Source: Isurus oxyrinchus (taxonomy: Eukaryota). Taken from it: a stretch of 64,000 nt of DNA. The position numbers and the translations under genes are program-made. Positions 39,861 to 50,151 of this stretch are shown one piece after another. Under the pieces are notes generated by a model that saw nothing but the letters and a program-made list of their open reading frames with translations, searched no databases and was not told the origin of the DNA. The stretch spans positions 31,062,001-31,126,000 of the forward strand of contig JANJGN010000026.1 in the NCBI GenBank assembly GCA_026770705.1. Direction: 5' to 3'. Every line of letters starts with the position of its first letter. The first letter of the stretch is position 1.

Positions 39861-40439
39861 AAGTTTATTGGCAGTACGCATTTATTTGTTTATCTTAACA
39901 GTGATTTACACTAATTATTATTCTCAAAGCAACATTTTCAGCGCGTTGCAAAAGCTGACAGGAATTGGCGGACGTGCGGAAAGGCTGGTGACTTATCCAC
40001 TGCAGGTCAAATCATCGGCCATGTTTGTGTGACGTACAGTTGGCATGTTTGTGTGATGTTCTATAGGCCATGTTTGTGTGACTTGCTGCCGTTATTAATT
40101 TCCCTTTCGTTCTTTACTGGCCTTTCCGCCCCTGTCTTCAATGTTGAGCAGCATTTTTCCGAACTCCGCTGTCAGTTTTGTGAAGCCTTTGACCTCGAAC
40201 TTGTCACGGGGTTTATTTGATCGAGTGTTGCTGTTGCTGGGTAAGAGATAATTATACATCATAAACAGATTTCAAAACAGAAGCTAATAGCTGTGATCTT
40301 TAAAGAAAGCCGCAAGAACACAGCCTTTTGCCCTGCCGAGCGCCGTTTCATCCTGTGTTACTGCAAAGGGAAGTTCTGAATATTCCCAACCTGGAAATCA
40401 AACATGGCTGAAATGAAACATAATTTTACATGTAACCCA

Positions 40440-40735
40440 CCGGAGGAGTGGTGCAGGAAGCATTTGGTTAAATGACAGGAGGAGTTTGTTCTTTGTTTTC
40501 TGACCCGCGGGCTCTGGGCGAGGGCAGCTCCTTAGCTCATTTTCTGCAGTTGTGTCGTTTTGAGCTGGGTTTTTTTTTTGGTAACTTTGTCGTGGTTGAC
40601 CATTGCCTTCCACTCGCAGGAGCAGGACCCAAGTCAGCCTCAGCCAGAACGCGAACAAAACCATGCGATTGGCATTATTCCGAGACAGAACTAGCCACCT
40701 AGCCAACTGATCTAATCAGCTGCTACTTCGTCTTG
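40440..40735 (+). pseudogene. Possible decayed V remnant
   Basis: Fragments GEGSS.., FFW* and ANKTM..SETELAT fall in V-like order across frames; no RSS found. Confidence 0.25.
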
Positions 40736-41340
40736 GTGCATGTTGTGCACATCTGCCAGGATATTGGTAATGTCACTGGGCTACTTCAAACTGTAACCTG
40801 TCCCCAATTGCTGGATCCAGGAAGATGCTGGGTCTGAGGCACCGGCCTTCGGATCAGAAGTCGAACTGGGGTCCCGCCAGCCCGTTCAGGGCGATGTTAA
40901 ACAATCTCCGGAATATTGGAGTAAGAGTGGGGAGGGGGGTTCTGCTGTTGTCCTGGGCCCACATTCCACCTTCAAAAAACACCACCCAATACAAAGACAT
41001 GCACCGACCTCCCAGTTCATCACTGTGGGGAAAGTAAGGCGGCAGCGCAACTGGCAGTAAGAAAAGCTCCCCTCCCCCACCCTTGTACACCAGAGTATTG
41101 TGGGAGGGGCTTTCACATCTGGATCACAATCCAAATGTGGAATCAGAAAATTGCAGCCTCCTTTTATAAACCTGTCTCTTATTCACACAACACTGAGCCA
41201 GCGAGCCAGGAACCGTGTGGCAAATCAATGATCTCAGCGAAACAGCCCTGTGCAAATCAACTCGTTCCCGCTAAAATACTTCAGTCCAGCTCTGAGGTTC
41301 GGTCTCCCAGTGCAACCCAGGGCTGCAGTCTCCAGCTCCT

Positions 41341-41351
41341 CGTCATATAAA
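41341..41351 (+). promoter_or_regulatory. Putative TATA box with an adjacent CRE half-site for the NAR-TCR V
   Basis: CGTCA-TATAAA about 25 bp upstream of the leader ATG; near-octamer GTGCAAAT at ~41250. Confidence 0.45.
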
Positions 41352-41372
41352 CCCTCAGCTCCAGGCAGAACG

Positions 41373-41415
41373 ATGGGAATCCTTCTTGTTTTCACCCTGT
41401 GTGTCTGTTTACCCC
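41373..41415 (+). CDS. Leader exon of the NAR-TCR V
   Basis: Encodes MGILLVFTLCVCLP, ends in a phase-1 GTGAGT donor, and splices in frame to the acceptor TTTCCAG at 41559. Confidence 0.9.
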
Positions 41416-41559
41416 GTGAGTACCGATCAAACAAACCGATATTGTGTGGATTTAATATAAAGCTGCCCGATTCCCTCCCATTTACAGTCACTGTCTGGGG
41501 TTTCAACCCCGTTCTGTGGTTCGGCTCTGATGGTCCATTAAACTCTGTTTAATTTCCAG

Positions 41560-41853
41560 GCTCTTTCAGTCAGTCAGTGGTACAGACCCCGGCAGCGGTG
41601 ACCAGGAAGGAGTGTCAGTCTCTCACCATCACCTGTGTTTTCTATGGTGGTTTTTCCGCTCGTCCTTTGAAGGGCGGGGATTTCTTCAGACAAACCCAGA
41701 CCGGGACAGAGCGGGAACGGATCCCCAGCGGGGGGAGATTTGTTGTGTCGGTGAATAAAGCAGGAAAGACATTTTCGCTGGAAATTCGGGATGTGAGAGT
41801 TGAAGACACCGGCACCTATTATTGTAAAGCTCAGGACAGATGGGTGGAGGAGT
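41560..41853 (+). CDS. IgNAR-like V exon of NAR-TCR (N-terminal V domain)
   Basis: QSVVQTPAAVTRKECQSLTITC..ERIPSGGRFVVSVNKAGKTFSLEIRDVRVEDTGTYYCKAQDRWVEE: VNAR-type short C'-C'' region (62 residues between the canonical Cys), extra FR1 Cys, open frame. Confidence 0.92.
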
Positions 41854-41881
41854 CACAGTGGGAGGGACATGAACAAATTCC
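41854..41881 (+). other. 12-RSS directly 3' of the NAR-type V
   Basis: CACAGTG + GGAGGGACATGA (12 bp) + ACAAATTCC. Confidence 0.88.
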
Positions 41882-42196
41882 TCTGTACGATCAGAATATA
41901 AATTCTCCGGGCCCGGATAGTGAATTGTCGGCTTGATGTAATTTTCGCTGTAACCTGGTTACATTTCATTATACTTAGCACAATTCAGTTATCTTCCTTT
42001 GGCAGTTTTCTCGGTTTAAATGAAGTGACCACCTCGTTGACGGGACCATTTACTCAGAGCTCAGGGCCTCACAAAGAACAGTTTGAACCGAGAGAGACTT
42101 TGGAACTTTGAATATTGTTTATTTATTTAAATCCGCTGAATAATTGGGCAGTTTCTACTGTTTGATGATGATTTCCCCACAGGTTAAGGTATGGGT

Positions 42197-42235
42197 GGTT
42201 GTTGTACCGGGGAGACTGTGAGCAGTGTCACTGTG
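42197..42235 (-). other. 23-RSS of the J segment
   Basis: GGTTGTTGT (42197-42205) + 23 bp + CACTGTG (42229-42235). Confidence 0.92.
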
Positions 42236-42287
42236 GTGGATTATAAATATGTGGAGGGATCCGGGACAGTGGTGACTGTCACAGCCG
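42236..42287 (+). CDS. NAR-TCR J segment
   Basis: Encodes VDYKYVEGSGTVVTVTA (GxGT motif, IgNAR-J-like) followed by a phase-1 GTAAGT donor. Confidence 0.92.
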
Positions 42288-43169
42288 GTAAGTAACTCCA
42301 TACCCCGCCGGGTTTCAGCCTGTCCCGGGTAATGTTAACAACCAGTTTATTATTGATATCAGTGGAATTTGGGGGGATGTGAGAATTGACGGAATCTGGG
42401 GCATTATCGGTTTAACGGGAACATTGGGGACACCATCAACATCACGGACCGTCACACTCTGAATCGCTTTTAATGAGGGCAGATTGCTGACAATCCGGAT
42501 TCCACACCCGGTGTTAACTGTGACCGAGGAAACAGTCTGTCCCTTAGAGCCCGGGGGCGGGGTCACAGAGCTCTCTCCTGGGCAGCAGATTGCAGTCCAA
42601 GCCGCACAATGTGAATGAGGCACCGGGTGAATAAACTCAACACAACGGCAGCCGGTTCGAATAACTGCAGCGGCTCGTTCAATAACTGACCCGAGAGAAA
42701 AACAGGGAAGTGACACAACGGACTTCAGATATAAGAGATCCTGATGTGAGTCCAGATGGAATTTTATCAGCGACTGAAATTAGTGACGTTGTTCCGCCAT
42801 TTCTTTCAATTGTCTTCATAGAACCAATCACTTTCCACCTTTTCCTCCCTCAGACCGAAATGTGATTGTTTGGAACTGCGGACACTTCTCTATATTGAAT
42901 GTAGATGTTTGAGAGATGGGATTGATGTAATTTATCTGTATCCCTGATTACTGTGAATTGAAACAGCACAGTGCAGTGAGAAAGTGAGGATGATGCATTA
43001 ATCTTATAAGGGGAACAGGAACGTAAGGGAACAATTATATACTGGGGGCATGTTCATTGAGAACCAGGAAGAAATAGCTCATCGAAAGGGAGAGAAGGAT
43101 TGGGTGATTTCCGGGCGCCTTTCAAAGTGCAATCCGACCCCGTGATAGGTGAGGTTTATGGAGGGAAGA

Positions 43170-43735
43170 ACTGAAATGGGATCCAGTTTGGAATGCTGAG
43201 TAAAGTTTTGGTCTCCTTACAAAAGAGAGATCAATCTGCTTTGGAAGGAGTGCAGCAGGATTCATCAGGCTGATTCCTGAGATGAAGGGATTGTCCACTG
43301 TGACGTGATTGAGTAGTCTGGGCCAAAGTTCCCGACAGTTTAGGAGAATGAGAGGTGATCTCAAGAAAACATATAATATTCTTCAGGGGCTTGACAGAAC
43401 AGATATTGGATCGGAGTTTTCCCAGACTGAGGAGGATAGAACTCAGGGTAACAGCTTCAGAATAAAGGGTCATCCATTAGAGCTGAGAAGGATTTCTCAG
43501 TCGAACCATTGTTGTGAATCTGTGGCATTCTGTAACTCAGAGAGCGGTGAGTGTTCATAATCTGTGTGCTTTCAAGACAATATTCGATAGATTTTTTGAT
43601 ACTAAAATAAACAGGGGGTATGAGGAGAGTGCGGGAATGTGACGTTGAGGTTGGAAATCAGCCACGATATTACTGAATGGCGGAGCAGGTTTGAAAGGTG
43701 AGCTGGCGCCTCCTGCTTCTATTCGATTCTCTACT
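43170..43735 (+). mobile_element. CR1 3' fragment in the J to supporting-V intron
   Basis: ORF 43309: FRRMRGDLKKTYNILQGLDR..QGNSFRIKG. Confidence 0.8.
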
Positions 43736-44759
43736 TTGATTTCTTCCAGTCCTGAGAAAAGAAATCGGCAACAATCCACATCTCTCTGGGAAGTTTGAAC
43801 CGGCTGGGCCTCTTTTTTCTGGATAAAAGGGAACCACTGGGAAAATTGATAGAAACCTTTTAAATAACGAACGGTTTTCGTGTGGAGAAATTGTTTATTT
43901 GTGGCTGAGTCCAAAGCAATGGTCTTCAACGTATGACAGCTATTAACAGAACAAAAAAAATATTAAGACCAATAAATTTTAACAAAGCCAAGTCAGAATG
44001 TGGAACCTGCTGCCACAGGGAGTGGTTGGAGTTAGCATTGATATATTTATTGGAACACTTGAAAATACAGGAGGGAGAACGGAACAGACCGATACAAGGA
44101 GCTAGTGGAAATAGTCAATTAGATTTCTGGTTGGGTTCAGCTGAAATTGATTATATACACAGGTCGAATGGCCCATTCCTCTCCCGCATTCGTCTTCCTC
44201 TTTTATGTAAAACTGAGAGAAAACTCCACTCAGTGAACCAGGGAAAGAACTGAAATTGTCAGAGAGCCGGAAGAGGCAGTTCCCAGTGAGTAACAGTCAA
44301 ACCACTGCGGAAACTGAACAGACTGAACCCAACCTACAACTGAGAGACTTTGGGACAAGTTCCCACGATTGCAAAAAGCGCAAACAGAACAAAGAAAATG
44401 TGAAATAAAGGGAATGTGAAATTAAAGAAATAAAATGAAATTAATTGTACATATTTGACATTGAGCTGAACTGGAGAAAATTGGGCCCTATTGAGAGATC
44501 ATAGAGAAATAGATCAAAAGGTAGATAGAAATTCCCGAGCCGTTTTCAACCGCAATAAATGATTGACTTTTGACCTCACTCTCGATTTGGCTCAATTGGT
44601 GCTGATGATTCCCATCAGTTTGTGTTGGATCTTGTTGAGTGCAGCGATGCTACCTAACTGTGTTTCTCTCTAACAAACGTGTCTTTTTTTTTGGAAACTG
44701 GTTGCCTCGCTGATCATAAAATGTTCCCTCGGGTTTGTTTCTCACTAAGGAAAATAGAA

Positions 44760-44975
44760 AAGGGAATGTTAGATAATTCATTGAATTATCCAGCACGGAA
44801 GGTTGATATTCGGCCCATCGTATAGGTGCTGACCCTTTAAAAGTGCAATCCAATTGTTCCCACTGCCCCTGTATTTTCTCCATAGCTCTATATTTGTATT
44901 TACATTTCCAACACAGCCCCATTACCCGTTTAAAAGTTACTATGGAATCTGTTCCCACCACCAATTCAGACAATG
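44760..44975 (-). mobile_element. Short CR1 3'-end remnant
   Basis: ORF 44650..44973(-) begins VVGTDSIVTFKR..YRAME, resembling the CR1 ORF2 terminus and 3' UTR. Confidence 0.5.
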
Positions 44976-45181
44976 CAGTCCCGAACGCAAGATTTCGCCA
45001 TGTCAGCTAAGATATTACCTCATTCCCCATTTGATCATATTTTAATAACAGTGAACACGGTTCAAACAGGCTGCCAGCAAATACAATTAACGCAAAAAGC
45101 AAAGCTATTCACGCGATTGAATTCACTTGGACAAACAGAGGCTACACAAAAAGATAATGTTCATTTTTTTTTATCCTCCAG

Positions 45182-45487
45182 ATTCCAGTTCCGTAATTTC
45201 CCGGGATCCGCCTCTACAAACCTCTCCTGCCGGTGACACCGTTACTTTAAGCTGCGAATATTCAGGATTCTGTCAATACACAGTACACTGGTACCGCCAG
45301 TCCCCCGGACAGGCTCGGGAATATCTGCTTCAGAGGCACACTTCTGGAGAGGAGAATAAAGAAAACGCAGCCGGGGGGAGAAGTTCTGTTTCCATGGATC
45401 CTGCCGAGAAAATCAGCCGGTTAAATATCTCCAAACTACAACTGAGCGACCCCGCTGTGTATTTCTGTGCACTGAGTCGGCGCACAG
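45182..45487 (+). CDS. TRDV: Leaderless supporting TCR V-delta of the NAR-TCR cassette
   Basis: Polypyrimidine tract + CCAG acceptor, phase-compatible with the J donor; DSSSVISRDPP..VTLSCEYSGFCQYTVHWYRQSPGQ..LNISKLQLSDPAVYFCALSRRT; extra CDR1 Cys; no separate leader seen upstream. Confidence 0.92.
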
Positions 45488-45526
45488 CACAGTGATGCAG
45501 AACACGGAGAGAGCCGGACAAAAACC
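45488..45526 (+). other. Canonical 23-RSS
   Basis: CACAGTG + ATGCAGAACACGGAGAGAGCCGG (23 bp) + ACAAAAACC. Confidence 0.97.
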
Positions 45527-45929
45527 TAAACATGGTGGGATTACAGACACATTGTGATACAAGGCACGGAAAGAGTCCAAATTCTTGTCTATTTTCGGGA
45601 TTAAGATGAAAGGAGCACATACACACACACACACACACACAAACACAGGTGTACACACAAATACATATATACACACACAGACACACACATAGAAGTGGGT
45701 GGGGGCGGGGATGGGTGGGAGGGAATCACCTAATCTCCACGAATGTATATACAATTGACCTTATAATTTTGTAGCAGAGAATAAAACTGATGAACCCATA
45801 AAATTCGCACATCCCTTCTGGCGCCTCAGAGCCGTTAATATTTTTATAGTTCGAGCTGCCCTCAATAATCCTGCTAAAATAATTCATTCAATTATCCATT
45901 CTTCAACAAACGATGTGCACTATTTGGGC

Positions 45930-46445
45930 ATAAATGGTTGAAGGTGGCTTGACAGCCTGAGAAAGTGGTGCTCAAACATGTAGGATCACCGTTTTCAGCG
46001 GCATAGAGTCCAAAAGAAAGGAAATGCTACTGACACTCTTAGGAAAACACTGGTTGCCCCTCAACTGGAGCATTGTGTCCACTTCCGGCATTGCACTTTA
46101 GGAAGAATGTGAATGGTTTAGAAAGGGCGCAGGGAAGTTGACCAGAATCGTCCCAGGGATGCAGAACTTCAGTTAATTGGATAGATTGGGGGAACTGGGC
46201 TAGTTCTCCATAGAGAATGGAAGGTTCAGGGTAGATCTGATCGAGGTCTTCAAAGCCATGTGTCTCTGAACCGAGTAGATCAAAATAAACTGCTTCCATT
46301 TGTAGAAGGGTAGAGAGGAAGAACAGGAGGTTCTACCAATGGAAGCAGTTTATTTTGTTCTACTCGGTTCAGAGACACATGGTTTTGAACACCTCGATCA
46401 GATCTACCCTTCCTTGGTGAATGAGCCGTGGAAGGCAGAGGCTTC
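45930..46445 (+). mobile_element. CR1 fragment containing an 80-bp-arm inverted duplication
   Basis: CAACTGGAGCATTGTGTCC..AGGAAGAATGTG CR1 motifs; arms 46228-46307 and 46331-46410. Confidence 0.75.
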
Positions 46446-47364
46446 AACAATTCACTGCGGCTGGGAAAGCTCCCTGTCTGTGGCACAGGGAGTTCGGGCG
46501 GCACTCTGCGAGAATTTTCCGCAGGTTGGTGCCTGTATAAATCCATCGCTTTTGTCCATTAAGACCGAATGTTTATTTTTGAAGTCACTTTTCCTATAAA
46601 TCGAGTCTTCTTGCCCGTATACACGTCAGATATGCCTCTGCTCTGTCACACACACACACACAAACAGGGCCGACAGTGGGTCACAGAAACCTGGCCGCCG
46701 GAACTCAAAGGGTCAGGACAAAATCTTGGCCGCAGGACAACAGCACGGTGATTGGCTCTTTCTCCGATTGATTCTGGGTCAGGAGGTTACAGAGTATCTT
46801 CAGACTCCGCCCAGCATTAAAACACCCAGTTGTAAATCGTGTAACTCTTCACCCGGACCTGGAAGAAGGGTAAAACCGCCGTTTTAAAGGGGCCCTGCAC
46901 CGCTCCAGCTGTTTTGCTAAGTTTTACTATTTAAGAGCAGTGATTAGTGATTGAAACATGGATCAGAAGAAAGTGACATTTTTTGATGCATTGATTCAGC
47001 AAGGTGGCTAAACATCAATTGTTTATTTTCAATATCTAAAATTGATTTCGTAAAGTCAATGCGTAAAGTAGAAGCAATAGTTTCCTAAGTGTACATGCCA
47101 CTGATTCAATGCGATCCCCTAGTAGTAAACACAATCTGGATCTTGTTTATCCCTGTATCCTCATAAAGCAAAACATATGGACTTGGGACTACAATAATAA
47201 TTAGGGCCTGGTGAATGCTAACAAAGACAGAGCCTAGTGTAATAATCAAGTGTAATTGACTAATAATGGGGATCCAGTAAAACATTCACAGAGAAAGAGC
47301 TTAACGTCATAATCAAGGAGCCTAGGGCTGGTACAAAAATATCCCAATATTTTCTTATGTGACG

Positions 47365-48300
47365 TATGGCTTATGTGGGGGGTAGGATTAGTAAGATTGC
47401 AGATGACACAAAGATTGACCGGGTGGTTAACAAAAAGGTTGAGTGCCTTGGGCTACAGGAAGATATAGACGGGATGGTCAAATGGGCAGGTAAGTGGCAG
47501 ATGGAATTTAACCCTGAAAAGTTTGAGATGATGCACTTTGGAAGGACAAATTTGACAAAGAAGTACTCAATGAATGGGATGACATTAGGAAGTTCTGAGG
47601 AACAGTGGGACCTTGGCATGTGTGTCCATTGGTCTCTGAAGGGGAGGGGCATGTTAGTAGGATGGTGAAAAAGGCATATGGGCCTTTATCATCGAGCCAT
47701 AGATTACAAATCTAGGGAGGTCATGTTGGAGTTGTATAGAACCTTGGTGAGGCCATAGCTAGAGTACTGTGTGCAGTTCTGGTCGCCACATTATTGGAAG
47801 GATGTGATTGCACCGGAGGGGGTGCAGAGGAGATTCACCAGGATGTTGCCTGGGATGAAACATTTAAGTGAACAAGAGTGTTGGATAGACTTGGGTTGTT
47901 TTTGTTGGAGCAGAGAAGACCCAGGGGCGACCTGATTGAGGTGTACAAGATTATGAGGGACATGGACAGAGTGGATAGGGAGCAGATGTTCCCTTAGTTG
48001 AAGGGTCAGTCACGAGGGGACACACGTTCAAGGTGAGAGGCAGAAGATTTAAAGGCGATATGAGGAAAAACGTTTTTACCCAGATATTGTGACGGTCTGG
48101 AATGCGCTGCCTGGGAGGATGGCAGAGGTGGTTTGCCTCACATCATTAAGAAGTACCTGGATGAGCACTTGGCACGTCATAACATTCAAGGCTATGGGCT
48201 TGATAAATGGAATTAGGTAAGTAGGTCAGGTATTTCTCACGCATTAGTGCAGACTCGATAGACCAAATGGCCTCTTCTGTACTGTGTGATTCTGTGATTC
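47365..48300 (+). mobile_element. CR1 LINE, 5'-truncated, same subfamily as 6815-7900
   Basis: ORF 47366 (ISKIADDT..LQEDIDGMVKWAGKWQMEF); tail CTGTGTGATTCTGTGATT. Confidence 0.92.
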
Positions 48301-48778
48301 AGTGATCCTTTCTGATTTTGCAATGTGAAATGCTTTCAACAGTTGTCTTGCATGGCATGAGTATTATTGTTTGAGCAAGAGGGATGAGGCAGTGATGAAG
48401 GAGTGAATTGTCAGACACACACCCCGCCCAGCATAGTGGCAGCCATAGGAAGAGACGTGTTTTGGTTAGAGATACGACCCAAGTCAATATGTTCCATCAG
48501 CTGCTCCCCTTGATGTAAGCCCAAAGGCATGGTTTGTGGACATGGGGCGCCACAGAATTTGCAGCCGGCAGTTCACCCAAGTCCATCTTGCCAATGTTAC
48601 AAATGGGAGGCTTGAAACCGTGGGTTAATCTGTTTGTTTACTGAACTGTAACTAAGGTGTATGTTGTAAATTAATTGTCCCTCTGGAGATGCTCATTCGG
48701 AATAAATGAGGGATGCTTTGAATACGCCACATAGGTAAATTATACAGTTTCGGGAATACCTTTTGTTTCTGAGAGACG

Positions 48779-48848
48779 ATGCACGGGCCAGCGAAAGGCA
48801 TCTTCTTTGCGATTTTCTATCCCATTCTCGCAGTCATTGGTGCCCCTG
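48779..48848 (+). CDS. GPR139/GPR142-like GPCR, exon 1
   Basis: Encodes MHGPAKGIFFAIFYPILAVIGAP (start of TM1) and ends in a phase-1 GTAAAT donor. Confidence 0.82.
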
Positions 48849-49549
48849 GTAAATAAGTTTTTTACTTTGCAATCTCCAGAAACTTTTTCTGCTCCCTTTC
48901 AAGATCGGACTTTTGATTATGTTGCATATTTATAGGAAAATCATTTATTCGATTGCTGAAATATGAATTGTAATGTATGGCTTTGCATGAACATTAACCT
49001 GTCATATTGTTGAACACTGGATCTTATTTTAAGGTAGTCGAATACAATCTATTGTTTTAAGTGTTTTGCGGAATAATACCATATCATAGTGTAGTAACAT
49101 ACATTTTCGTGCATTGTATCAGAAATCTAATATTAGATGAATTGTAATATAAAAATACATTTAGCAATTACACCAATGTACTTTTGGACCTGTGAAAGAA
49201 TGTAATAGTTACAGTACAGTGAGTTCTCACTGGACAGTCCAGATTGTTAATGTAATCTTAGCAATTAACTATGGAAATGTTTGAAAGAGGTTAGTGGAGA
49301 TTAGAAATTGTTAATCGATTGTTGTGCTGGTCAGTTTGCACATTTTGAAGAATTATATGATTTAATCATCAGCGGGATGTGAGTGAAACCGGCAAGATCA
49401 ACGTGTATTGCTCATTTTTATTTCTCATTTGAATGGTGGAGTTGCACTTGTTTCTTTAGTCACTGCAGTGCGTATGGTGGGAATGCTTCACAGCAGTCTG
49501 AACAAATACAATTAATAGCAAACACCGGGAAGAGATATTTATAGCAACG

Positions 49550-50090
49550 TTTGATCAAAATTCAAAGGAATGAGAAAAGGAGCCGTTGAGGGAGGGGATT
49601 AAAGAGATGAGGGCTCAGTAGCTACAGGCATAACTGCTACTCATGGAACAGTTAATTATAGGGTGACACAAGAGAGCAGGATAGAACGTAAACTGAGATC
49701 TCAGTTAGTTGTAGTTGTAGAGGGATTGGGAGAGGCGAGGAAATGGAATGATTCCAAAATTGGAAAGGGGTGGTTATTAAAGTGGAGATGTTGCCGTCTG
49801 AGACCCAACCTATGCCAGCGAGCACAGGCTTAATGGATGGACGGGTATTGCTTTGACAATGGCCATCAGCAGCACATGTTTTGGATGATCTTAATTTGGA
49901 TAGCTAGGCCTTGGGATTTGCTCAGTGGCCAAAGAGCAGAATTTGTGGTGGGGCCCGATTGAAATGCCATCTGCATTGATAAGTGTTTGGTGCAGCATTG
50001 GATACCGAACACTGACCAAAGGCTTTGGAATAGCTGGAGTCTGGGGATGGCAAAGGGGAGGATCAGGAGGGATCTAGTTACTGGGTGAAT
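49550..50090 (-). mobile_element. Degenerate L2-like LINE remnant in the GPCR intron
   Basis: Purine-rich segment resembling the reverse complement of a shark L2 3' region; no ORF. Confidence 0.35.
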
Positions 50091-50151
50091 GAGGTAGTAC
50101 CTGTTGTTTGGAGTCCCCTCAGTACCAACTCTCTCTTCTGATCTCTCACAG

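Noticed and set aside
41882-42196. Hidden D segment between V and J
   Set aside because: No CACTGTG..CACAGTG-flanked segment with nonamers seen by eye; an RSS-scoring scan would be decisive.
41560-42287. A bona fide IgNAR antibody cluster
   Set aside because: No multiple D segments or constant exons; the J is followed by a leaderless TCR V-delta, and the FR1/CDR1 cysteines fit NAR-TCR.
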